Assembly: GCA_963768185.1 (NCBI GenBank)
Contig: CAVYGS010000005.1
Location: 1,203,666 to 1,267,665, forward strand
Direction of reading: 5' to 3'
DNA: 64,000 nucleotides
Source: an uncultured Acidimicrobiaceae bacterium
GTDB taxonomy: Bacteria; Actinomycetota; Acidimicrobiia; Acidimicrobiales; RAAP-2
In this document: in pieces, positions 25,820 through 33,792 of the stretch
Layout: each line of letters opens with the position of its first letter
How positions within the stretch are numbered: the first letter of the stretch is position 1
Position numbers and translations under genes: made by a program
Notes under the pieces: generated by a model
Database searches by the model: none
What the model saw: only the letters and a program-made list of their open reading frames with translations
Told to the model about the DNA's origin: nothing

Positions 25820-28348
25820 GTGAGTCCAATCGTGAGCCGAAGGGTTCTCAGACTCTCTGCCTACCGGTTCCGAACCACCCTCCGGGCGCGGCGGAGCGGC
25901 TACATCAGCGTGATCGTCCTGGTCGCCCTGGTGGGCGGGCTCGCCATGGCGTCGCTCATCGGGGCCCGGCGGACCGAGTCGTCCTACCCACAGTTCCTGG
26001 CCAGCACCAACCCGTCGGACCTGCTGGTCAACCCGAACAACCTCCCCGACAACGTCTCGTCTTTTATCGCAGCCACCGGCCGGTTGGCCCACGTCCGCAG
26101 GGTCGAGTCGGCCTACCAGTACAACGCGCTGACCCTCACGCCGAGCGGCGGCGCCGGCACCGTGCTCATCACCGGGGCCGAGTTCGTGGCCAGCCGCGAC
26201 GGCCTCTTCTCGGACATGGATCGGGTGACGCTCGTGCAGGGTCGGTTGGCCAACCCGGCCAGCGTCAACCAGATCGTGATCAGCCCGACCGCGGCCACGT
26301 TGTTGCACCTCCACGTCGGATCGCATGTCTCGATCGGCCTCGACGCGACCAATACCTCGAACCTGTTCCCACTGGTCAAGCGGCTCGACCTCAGGGTGGT
26401 CGGCGTGGTCGTCTTCAACCATCAGGTCGTCCAGGACGACATCGACAAGTCTCGGACCGGGTTCCTCCTCGGCACTCCCGCCCTGGCCCGGTCGCTCGGG
26501 ACGACCGAACTGGAAGGCATCTACTCGGGCATCCAGCTCGTCGGCGGGGCCCGGTACGACAGCGCGGTCGCCGGGGAGTACGCAGGTCTCGCCGCGGCCC
26601 ACCCCGAGACCGGCGGGTCCAACGCCTACGTCTCCTCGGTCTTCGAGACCGAAGCCCAGCGGGCGATCGGGCCCGAGGCCATCGCCCTCGGCGTCTTCGG
26701 CGTAATAGCCGCGCTGGCCGCGATCCTCATCGCCGTCCAGATCATCTCCAGGCAGCTCCACGCGAACGTCGACGAGGTCGACGTGCTGCGGTCACTCGGC
26801 GCCGGGCCGCTCGTCACGACGACCGACGGATTGCTCGGGATCACCGTGGCCGTGGTGGTCGGAGGTCTGCTGGCCGGTGCCACCGCCATCGGCCTGTCGC
26901 CGCTCACCCTGTTCGGACCGGTGAGGGTGGTCGACCCGTCCCCGGGAGTCGACTTCGACTGGACGGTCCTCGGCTTCGGGGTGCTGGTGGTAGTGCTTAT
27001 CTTGGGCGGCGCCGCGGCGCTGATCTCCGGCCGGTTGGCCCCGCATCGCCGGTCGACGTGCCCAAAGACGGCCGAGCGGGGATCGGCGGTCGTGCGGATG
27101 GCGATGACGGCCGGACTCCCGGCACCCGGGGTGATGGGCCTGCGTCACGCGCTCGAGTCGGGACGGGGACGCAGCGCCGTGCCGGTGCGCCCGACCATCG
27201 TCGGGACGATCCTGGCCCTGATCGTGCTGACCGCGACGCTCACCTTCGGGGCGAGCCTCGACTCCCTCGCGTCGCACCCATCGCTCTACGGATGGAACTT
27301 CAACTATGCCTTCTTCTCTATCGACGGATACGGGCCGGTCCCGGCGCACCTGGCCGACCAGCTGCTCTCGCGTGACCGCTCGGTGGCCGCCGCCACCGGC
27401 GTCTACTTCGTCACCCCCGAGATCAACGGACAGACCGTCCCGGGATTGGCTGAGCGGCCAGGCTCGCCCATCGGCCCGCCGATCCTGGCCGGCCACGGCC
27501 TAGCCAGCAGCGACCAGGTCGTTCTCGGCACCGCGACCCTGGCCCAGCTGCACAAGCACATTGGCAGCACGGTCGTGGTCCAGGGCGACGGCGTCGGGGC
27601 GGTCCGGCTTCAGATCGTCGGAACGGCCACGTTTCCGACCATCGGCGACACGTTGAGCGAGCACGCGTCCATGAGCACCGGCGCACTGTTCTCCACGGCC
27701 GTGCTCGCGTCGTCCATCCTCGACTCGTTCGGTCCATTCTCGGGGCCCAACGCCATCTTCATCCGGCTGAGGCCGGGTGCGAACCCGGCAACCGGGCGGG
27801 CCTCGCTCGAGGCGGTCGATCGGCGGCTCGTTGCCCTGGCCCACTCGCGCCAGGTCATCAGCCTGATCGGGACCGGCTTCGCGGCCGTCTTCACCATCGC
27901 GTTGCTCCCGGCCCAGCGACCGGCCGAGATCGTCAACTACCGCTCCATGGGCGCCACGCCTGTCGTCCTGGCGATCGGCCTCGGGGTGGGCACGCTGGTC
28001 GCGCTCGGGATGACGCTCGTGACCTCGGTCCGACGCCGGCGCTACGACCTCGCGTTGCTCAAGACGTTCGGCTTCACCCGCGGTCAGCTCTTCTCATCGG
28101 TCATCTGGCAGGCCAGCACGATCTCGGTCATCGGGATCGTCATCGGGGTGCCACTCGGGATCGTTTTCGGCCGGTCGTTGTGGATCCTGTTCGCCCATCA
28201 GCTCTCGGCGGTCCCCCAACCGACGATCCCGTCCGGTTCGATCGCACTGGCCGCGACGGCCGCGCTCGTCCTGGCCAACCTGGTTGCAGCGATCCCGGGA
28301 CAAATCGCGGCACGTAACCCGGTCGCGTCCGTCCTGGCCACCGACTGA
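25820..28348 (+). CDS. ABC transporter permease with two FtsX-like domains (MacB/DevC-like, 842 aa)
   Basis: ORF 25820..28348. Two 4-TM FtsX modules, each preceded by a large extracytoplasmic domain; the C-terminal end is typical (LKTFGFTRGQLFSSVIWQAS..). No cognate ATPase gene is adjacent. Confidence 0.85.
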   Translation: MSPIVSRRVLRLSAYRFRTTLRARRSGYISVIVLVALVGGLAMASLIGARRTESSYPQFLASTNPSDLLVNPNNLPDNVSSFIAATGRLAHVRRVESAYQYNALTLTPSGGAGTVLITGAEFVASRDGLFSDMDRVTLVQGRLANPASVNQIVISPTAATLLHLHVGSHVSIGLDATNTSNLFPLVKRLDLRVVGVVVFNHQVVQDDIDKSRTGFLLGTPALARSLGTTELEGIYSGIQLVGGARYDSAVAGEYAGLAAAHPETGGSNAYVSSVFETEAQRAIGPEAIALGVFGVIAALAAILIAVQIISRQLHANVDEVDVLRSLGAGPLVTTTDGLLGITVAVVVGGLLAGATAIGLSPLTLFGPVRVVDPSPGVDFDWTVLGFGVLVVVLILGGAAALISGRLAPHRRSTCPKTAERGSAVVRMAMTAGLPAPGVMGLRHALESGRGRSAVPVRPTIVGTILALIVLTATLTFGASLDSLASHPSLYGWNFNYAFFSIDGYGPVPAHLADQLLSRDRSVAAATGVYFVTPEINGQTVPGLAERPGSPIGPPILAGHGLASSDQVVLGTATLAQLHKHIGSTVVVQGDGVGAVRLQIVGTATFPTIGDTLSEHASMSTGALFSTAVLASSILDSFGPFSGPNAIFIRLRPGANPATGRASLEAVDRRLVALAHSRQVISLIGTGFAAVFTIALLPAQRPAEIVNYRSMGATPVVLAIGLGVGTLVALGMTLVTSVRRRRYDLALLKTFGFTRGQLFSSVIWQASTISVIGIVIGVPLGIVFGRSLWILFAHQLSAVPQPTIPSGSIALAATAALVLANLVAAIPGQIAARNPVASVLATD

Positions 28349-28634
28349 ACGGCGTGCCAGCGGTCGGGCCGTCGGTGGCTCAGCCGGGCACGAGCCCGTT
28401 CTTCGCTGCGAACGGCGGTGCCTCGTACCGGACCGCGTCGGCCACCTCGAGAGCCACGGTCTCACCATGGAGGCGCCGAGCGTTGTGCTTCAATCGAGCA
28501 CCCCTAATTCAACTGATTTCCTGCTCAGCGCGCTCGGAGGTGTCTGACCGCAAGACATAGGAAACACATCCCTCGCGTCATAGGAAACACCCGCTCATCC
28601 GCGGCTGGCCGCTCCGGTCCCCCGATCCTCGGGC

Positions 28635-29369
28635 ATGTCCCGTGCCCGTCTGGTGATCAGCGCAGTTGTCGTCGAAGGCCGCGGCGTGCGCGAGGTCGCC
28701 CGGGCCTATGAGGTGTCCCCTGGGTGGGTCTCCCGGCTCGTCGCCCGCTACCGCGAGGAGGGTGACGTCGCCTTCGAGCTCCGGTCGCGGCGTCCCCATC
28801 ACTCGCCGAGGGCGACCCCGCCCGAGGTCGTCGAACGGATCATCGAGCTGCGTCGTCGTCTTGTCGCCAAGGGCGACGATGCTGGCCCCGAGACCATCCG
28901 CTGGCACCTCGCCAAGGACGACGGGATCGATGTCTCGACGATGACGGTCCTGCGCTACCTCCGCCGCGCCGGGCTCGTGAGCCCGCAACCCCACAAGCGC
29001 CCCCGCTCGTCCTACGTCCGCTTTGCCGCGGAGCTGCCAAACGAGACGTGGCAGTCGGACTTCACCCACTACGCGCTGTGCGACGGCACCGACGTCGAGG
29101 TCCTCAGCTGGCTCGACGACCACGCTCGCTTCGCGCTCAGGGTCACTGCCCACGAGCGGGTCACCGGGCCCATCGTGCTCGCGACGTTCCAGGACAGCTG
29201 CAACGAGCACGGGATCCCCGCCTCGGCGTTGACGGACAATGCCATGGTCTATACGACCCGGTTCGCGGGGGGAAGAGGCGGTCGCAACGGTCTCGAATCC
29301 GAGCTTCGGCGCCTCAAGGTGACGCAGAAGAACTCCCGACCGAACCACCCCACGACCTGCGGCAAGGTC
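28635..29369 (+). pseudogene. IS481-family transposase, N-terminal fragment (HTH plus most of the integrase core)
   Basis: ORF 28635..29426: ..VREVARAYEVSPGWVSRLVARYREEG..NETWQSDFTHY..TDNAMVYT..SRPNHPTTCGKV. It then reads into the IS110 insert; family similarity ends at GGC AAG GTC (29361-29369). Confidence 0.85.
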
Positions 29370-29599
29370 TGTGAGCATCATTGGCCGACGCAGCACCGCC
29401 TCGGTCTGACCCAGGTCAAGGTGTGACCAAGGTGTCCTTCGTTCGATTTGTCGACCGGGTGCGGTGCTGCGTCACGGCGCGTGCCGGCCAGACGGAACTG
29501 ACCTGATAGGAGCTTGGCTAAAAGCCCCGTCACAGGCTTGTCGCTCCGCCCGGCCGGTCGCTCCACGTCAGATTGGACCTAACGAGGAGCAGAACGAGC
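29370..29599 (+). ncRNA. Candidate IS110 bridge/guide RNA region (non-coding left end)
   Basis: ATAGGAGC (29506-29513) is identical to the right-end terminus (30697-30704). TCACA (29530-29534) is complementary to the first left-end bases TGTGA (29370-29374). The two are separated by a GGCT-aaa-AGCC hairpin. CAAGGT occurs twice (29417-29422, 29428-29433) and matches the left target flank (29363-29368). CGTTCGA (29440-29446) is the reverse complement, with one G:U, of the target TCGAGCG. No structure was computed. Confidence 0.35.
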
Positions 29600-30691
29600 A
29601 TGACAAATCCGCCAGCAGCTGTCATCGGCGGGGTCGACACCCACAAGCACACCCATTACGCGGCAGCGATCGACGACAACGGAAGACTTCTTGGCCATCG
29701 GGAGTTCCGGGCCAATGCCGGCGGCTATGCAGCGCTACTCAAGTGGCTGCGCTCGCATGGCCGAGTGGTGGTGATCGGCGTCGAAAGCACCGGGAACTTC
29801 GGCGCCTCGCTCACCCGCTTCCTGACTGATGCCGGTGAGGACGTGCTCGAGGTGAACAAGCCCAACCATCAGGCCCGCTACATGGAGGGCAAGTCCGATC
29901 GTCTCGACGCCGAACAGATCGCCCGGTCGGTCCTTGCCAAGACGGGAACCTCGACACCGAAGTCCAAGTCCGGGCCAGTCGAGGTCATCCGGACCCTGCG
30001 GGTGGCTCGCTCAAGCGCGGTTCGCTCCCGCACGCAGGCCTTTAACAACCTCTTCCACACCATGATCAGTGCCCCTTCACCGGTGCGCGACGAGCTTGTC
30101 GAGCTCACCAGGCGCACCTTTGTGAACCGCTGCCTGGCCCTCGAACCCGAGACCGAGGACCTCCTCGAGCTCGTCGACGACCCCGATCGCCTCGTTCTGG
30201 CGAGCGTGAAATTCACGTTGCGTGACCTGGCCCGACGCTGGAAGGCCCTCGACGCCGAGGTGAAGGAGCTCAGCCGCCAGATCACTGCACTCGTCGAGCA
30301 CATCGCCCCCGAGCTTGTTCAGATGTTCGGGGTGAGCGCCGAGCTGGCCGGTCAGTTCCTCATGACTGCCGCCGACAACGCGGAGCGGATCCGGAACGAA
30401 GCAGCCTTCGCCAAGCTCTGCGGCGTCTCACCGAAGCCGGCCAGCAGTGGCCGGACGGCCGGACGGCACCGGCTGAACCGCGGCGGCGACCGGGCTGCCA
30501 ACAGCGCCCTCTACATGGTCACCATCGTCCGGCTCCGTCATCACCAGCCGACCCGCGACTACGTCGAGCGGCGCACCGCTGAGGGGCTCAGCAAGCGAGA
30601 GATCATCCGCTGCCTCAAGCGCTACATCGCCCGTGAAGTATTCGCTTCGCTTCCTCGGTCACCAACGTTCGAGGTTCCTTGCGCCGCTTGA
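29600..30691 (+). CDS. IS110-family transposase (DEDD-type)
   Basis: ORF 29573..30691; ATG 29600 follows GAGGAG. Sequence: VIGGVDTHKHTHYAAAIDDNGRLL..VVIGVESTGNFGASLTRFL..KSDRLDAEQIAR and C-terminal FAKLCGVSPKPASSGRTAGRHRLNRGGDRAANSALY. It looks intact. Confidence 0.9.
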   Translation: MTNPPAAVIGGVDTHKHTHYAAAIDDNGRLLGHREFRANAGGYAALLKWLRSHGRVVVIGVESTGNFGASLTRFLTDAGEDVLEVNKPNHQARYMEGKSDRLDAEQIARSVLAKTGTSTPKSKSGPVEVIRTLRVARSSAVRSRTQAFNNLFHTMISAPSPVRDELVELTRRTFVNRCLALEPETEDLLELVDDPDRLVLASVKFTLRDLARRWKALDAEVKELSRQITALVEHIAPELVQMFGVSAELAGQFLMTAADNAERIRNEAAFAKLCGVSPKPASSGRTAGRHRLNRGGDRAANSALYMVTIVRLRHHQPTRDYVERRTAEGLSKREIIRCLKRYIAREVFASLPRSPTFEVPCAA

Positions 30692-30707
30692 CAAACATAG
30701 GAGCATC

Positions 30708-31160
30708 GAGCGCTTTCAGCAGACGATGAAGCGGTGGCTCAGGGCCCAGGACCCCCAGCCGGCCACGATCGACGCCCTCCAGCTCCTCCTCGATGCCTTC
30801 GTCGCCCACTACAACGACGAGCGCCCGCACCGCTCCCTCCTCGACCGCCAGACCCCCGCCGTCGCCTATCGGGCACGACCCAAGGCGACACCAAGCGACC
30901 GGAGTGCCGACACCCACGACCGCGTCCGACACGACGTCGTGGACCAGAAGGGCCGCGTCACTCTGCGCGTGTCGGGACGGATGCACCACATCGGCATCGG
31001 CATGACCCACACCGGGACCCGGGTGCTGGTGCTCGTGCACGACCTCGAGGTGCGTGTCGTCGATCAGGCGAACGGCGAGCTCCTCCGCGGCCTCGTCATG
31101 GATCCGACGCGTGACTACCAGCCGACGGGAGAACCTCCCGGCCCTAAACCCCGTCAGTGA
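30708..31160 (+). pseudogene. IS481-family transposase, C-terminal fragment
   Basis: Part of ORF 30633..31160, from ERFQQTMKRWLRAQ..LLLDAFVAHYNDERPHRSL..RVTLRVSGRMHHIGIG... This continues the frame broken at 29369. Confidence 0.85.
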
Positions 31161-31209
31161 GGCCGAATCGGAGGTTCAGGGTGTTTCCTATGTCTTGCGG
31201 CATCACACA

Positions 31210-31252
31210 GCGCGCTCGGAGGGAATCGAACCCCCAACCTTCTGATCCGTAG
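31210..31252 (-). repeat. Distal att copy: duplicate of the 3' 43 nt of tRNA-Arg(ACG)
   Basis: gcgcgctcggagggaAtcgaacccccaaccttctgatccgtag is 42/43 identical to 40816-40858, which runs from the anticodon loop to 1 nt past the 3' end of the intact tRNA. Confidence 0.85.
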
Positions 31253-31391
31253 CGCCTATTTGGGTAAAGGACGACAGGTGACAACGGTTGTCCACAGGTG
31301 CCATTTATGACCTCTGAACTGGACAGATGCGTTCTCTTGAATAGCCTGCATATGACACACAGTGACAACCGATTCCGGCTTTACATACCCC

Positions 31392-32582
31392 TATAGTTCT
31401 CACGGTGGTTCTCAAATTTGCCCCTTCTTGGCCGGAGTTCACTGCCTAATCATGCGTCGCGGATTTGATTCGGGTGAGCGTTGCCCGACCCCGCCGGACC
31501 TTCTCGATGATCTTCTCGGCCTCAGCGTGCCAGATGAAGGGCTTCGGGTCGTCGTTCCAGTGTTCCACCCACAGCTCGATCGCCTCGATGAGCGCCGGGA
31601 CGCTCGAGAAGGCGGCCCGGCGGAGCCGACGGTCGGTGAGCTCTTTGAACCAGCGCTCGACGAGATTGAGCCAGGAACTCGACGTCGGGATGAAGTGCAG
31701 ATGCCACCGCTCCCGGCGGGGATGGGCGAGCCACTCGGTGATCTCGGGCGCCTTGTGGACCTGAAGGTTGTCGAGGATCACATGGATCGCGAGGTCCCGG
31801 GGCACGTGCAGGTCGATCAGCTTGAAGAAGGCGAGGACATCTTTGGCGGTGTGGCGCTTGCGGGTGTCGTAGAGCACCTCACCGCTTTTGACGTTGAGCG
31901 CGGCGAACAGATCGGTTGTGCCGTTGCGCTTGTAGTCATGGGTCATCGTCCCCGCACGCCCGGGCCGCATCGGCAGACTTGGCTGGGTGCGGTCGAGCGC
32001 TTGGACCTGGGTCTTTTCGTCGAAACAGAAGACCGCGGCCCGCTCGGGCGGGTTCAGGTAGAGCCCAACGACGTCGATGAGCTTCTCTTCAAAGCAAGGG
32101 TCATTGGAGATCTTGAAGCGGCTCGTCTTCCACGGCTTGAGCTCGTGGTCCCTCCAGATGCGCGCCACGCTGTCCTTGCCGATGCCCAAGCGCTCGGCCA
32201 GGCGGCGCGTCGTCCAGTGCGTCGAGTTGTCGTCGGGCTTGTCCTCCAAGGTGACGCGCACCACTTGGGAGACCGTGCCCGGAGGCAGCCACGACTTGCG
32301 TCCCCTGCCCTTTGCAATGCGACCGACACCCGCGATCCCCGCGTCCTTGAAGCGCCGCCGCCATGCCCGCACCGAGTCGTCGGTCGTTTCGAGCCGGCGG
32401 GCGATCTCGTTCGTCGCCACGCCGTCGGCGGCAAGAAGCAGCGCCTTTGCCTGTGTCACCGTGCGATGGGGCAGCGAGCTCGAACGGGCCATGCGCTCGA
32501 GCGCCGTGCGCTGCTCGGGGGTCACTGCCAAAGGCGGTGCGGTCATCACTGGCATGCTGCCAGCCTAACCACCCTAGCTATA
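31392..32582 (-). mobile_element. IS630-family insertion sequence (boundaries approximate)
   Basis: Single DDE transposase gene. The ends are weakly inverted: TATAGttctcacGGTGGTT (31392-) against the reverse complement of aaccaccctagCTATA (-32582). They sit at TA dinucleotides, as expected for IS630/Tc1. The repeats are poor, so the limits are uncertain. Confidence 0.55.
31446..32555 (-). CDS. IS630-family transposase
   Basis: ORF 31446..32555. N-terminal HTH region (TPEQRTALERMARSS..NEIARRLETTDDSVRAWRRRF). DDE_3 region (VFCFDEKTQVQAL..ILDNLQVHKAPEI..IPTSSSWLNLVERWFKEL). It looks intact. Confidence 0.9.
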   Translation of the reverse strand: MPVMTAPPLAVTPEQRTALERMARSSSLPHRTVTQAKALLLAADGVATNEIARRLETTDDSVRAWRRRFKDAGIAGVGRIAKGRGRKSWLPPGTVSQVVRVTLEDKPDDNSTHWTTRRLAERLGIGKDSVARIWRDHELKPWKTSRFKISNDPCFEEKLIDVVGLYLNPPERAAVFCFDEKTQVQALDRTQPSLPMRPGRAGTMTHDYKRNGTTDLFAALNVKSGEVLYDTRKRHTAKDVLAFFKLIDLHVPRDLAIHVILDNLQVHKAPEITEWLAHPRRERWHLHFIPTSSSWLNLVERWFKELTDRRLRRAAFSSVPALIEAIELWVEHWNDDPKPFIWHAEAEKIIEKVRRGRATLTRIKSATHD

Positions 32583-32822
32583 TCAGCGACGGACCACTAA
32601 TACTCTTTTGACTTTTGCCGGGGATTGCTCTTTCGTCAAATCATAATTCCGAATAGAGCTTACATCGCGCGACTCTTTTCAGGCATTCGCACCGCGGGGG
32701 TACTTCGATATCCGACAATCGTGCAGCTCGGACGATTCCGGCCGCAGCGGGTGCCTCCGTCAAGGCAGTGTGCGTCGTGCGTCCGTTGGTCAGCGACACC
32801 TCGAGGACGTGTGGCAGTGCCC

Positions 32823-33792
32823 TCACGAGCCCGGCGATTTCGACTCCTCACCCAAAGCCAATGCGATCGCGTGGGCGGTGATGCTCTCGTAGAGCGGACG
32901 GAGTTCATCAATGATGCTGGCCGCTTCGCCGAGCGGTGATGGGTCGAGCTGCCGAAGGATCAGGTCGGCAGCGACTGCTGAACGTGGCCGGAGCTCAATG
33001 GTCGAAACGTCCTCGGGATTACCCCAAAACGAGGCAATATCAGCTGATCGAGTGGCGTTCCTGTGTTCAGAGTCGAACGTGGGCCATCCGAACTTCTCCA
33101 CATGCGATCCGTCGACAGGCGTTTGTGCCTCGGACTCAGCTGTACCCCGACTGTGCCGCCGGGCCCTCAGGTCCGCGAGCAACTGGTCCTTGTCACGGCC
33201 TCGCCAGGCGAAGATGAGGAAAGGGTCGTCGTCGAAAGCCTCGGCCATGAGATAGAAGACCGCGGCCACGTGCTTGCACGGATTCTCCCAGTCGGGACAG
33301 GAACACGCGGAGACGAGGTCTTCGCCCGAAGCCGGGAACAGGGTGGTCGCGGACTCGACGAAGGTCTCTTCGATCTCCTCGGGCATCTCTCCGGACAAGA
33401 GTCTGGCCAAGAACACTGCACGTGACGCCATGACGTCCTCGATACCGGCCCACTCGAGGTCGGTCAAGATCTCGGTTTCGATGAAGACGCGGTACGGCTT
33501 GGAGCGCGAACCCTGAACTGAGGCGCGGACCTGGCCGGGCACGAACTCCAGGCTCAGTACCTGCCCGGCGCGGGCATAGCGCTTGCCCCTCTGCACGACG
33601 ACTGCCGATTCCGAACGACTCCAGCACGCCGATGAAGCGTTGCGACCACCAGGTGTCACCGATCTGTCCGCGTTTGCTCCGAGCCGTCATCCCTCCCTCG
33701 ACCGCAATCGGCTTCGAGGCCGGCGGCCACCAGCCGTCTGGAGGTCGCCCGGTTGGGCTCGACGGACGACGGGATCGACGACGCGGTGGCAT
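32823..33792 (-). pseudogene. SWIM zinc-finger protein (partner of the SNF2 helicase), 1-nt frameshift
   Basis: The N-terminus is in the frame of ORF 33193..34041 (MPPRRR..QIGDTWWSQRFIGVLESFGIGSRRAEG). The rest is in ORF 32823..33659 (KRYARAGQVLSLEFVPGQVRASVQGSRSKPYRVFIE..SACSCPDWENPCKHVAAVFYLM = SWIM CxCxnCxH). Removing one G of the GGGG run (plus-strand cccc 33586-33589) joins them. ATG 33792 overlaps the SNF2 stop. Confidence 0.8.

Larger units (their letters stand above)
29370..30707 (+). mobile_element. IS110-family insertion sequence inserted inside the IS481 transposase gene
   Basis: The insert splits ..HPTTCGKV | ERFQQTMKRWL.. of the IS481 transposase. It is 1338 bp with no terminal inverted repeats. 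The dinucleotide TC is present at both junctions (29368-29369 and 30706-30707). A long 230-nt non-coding left end and a 16-nt right end match the IS110-subgroup layout. Confidence 0.8.
28541..31207 (+). mobile_element. IS481-family insertion sequence (carrying a nested IS110-family element)
   Basis: Terminal inverted repeats: TGTCTGACCGCAAGACATAGGAAACAC (28541-28567) against the reverse complement of 31181-31207, TGTGATGCCGCAAGACATAGGAAACAC (20 nt perfect, both start TGT). Flanked by a 15-bp direct duplication CAGCGCGCTCGGAGG (28526-28540 and 31208-31222). Encodes a split rve-type transposase. Confidence 0.85.

Noticed and set aside
28380-28493. A short minus-strand ORF with good codon bias (LKHNARRLHGETVALEVADAVRYEAPPFAAKNGLVPG) between the FtsX gene and the att/IS481 junction.
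   Set aside because: It is only 37 codons with no recognisable family. It may be the 3' remnant of a gene truncated by island or IS activity, but I cannot support a call.
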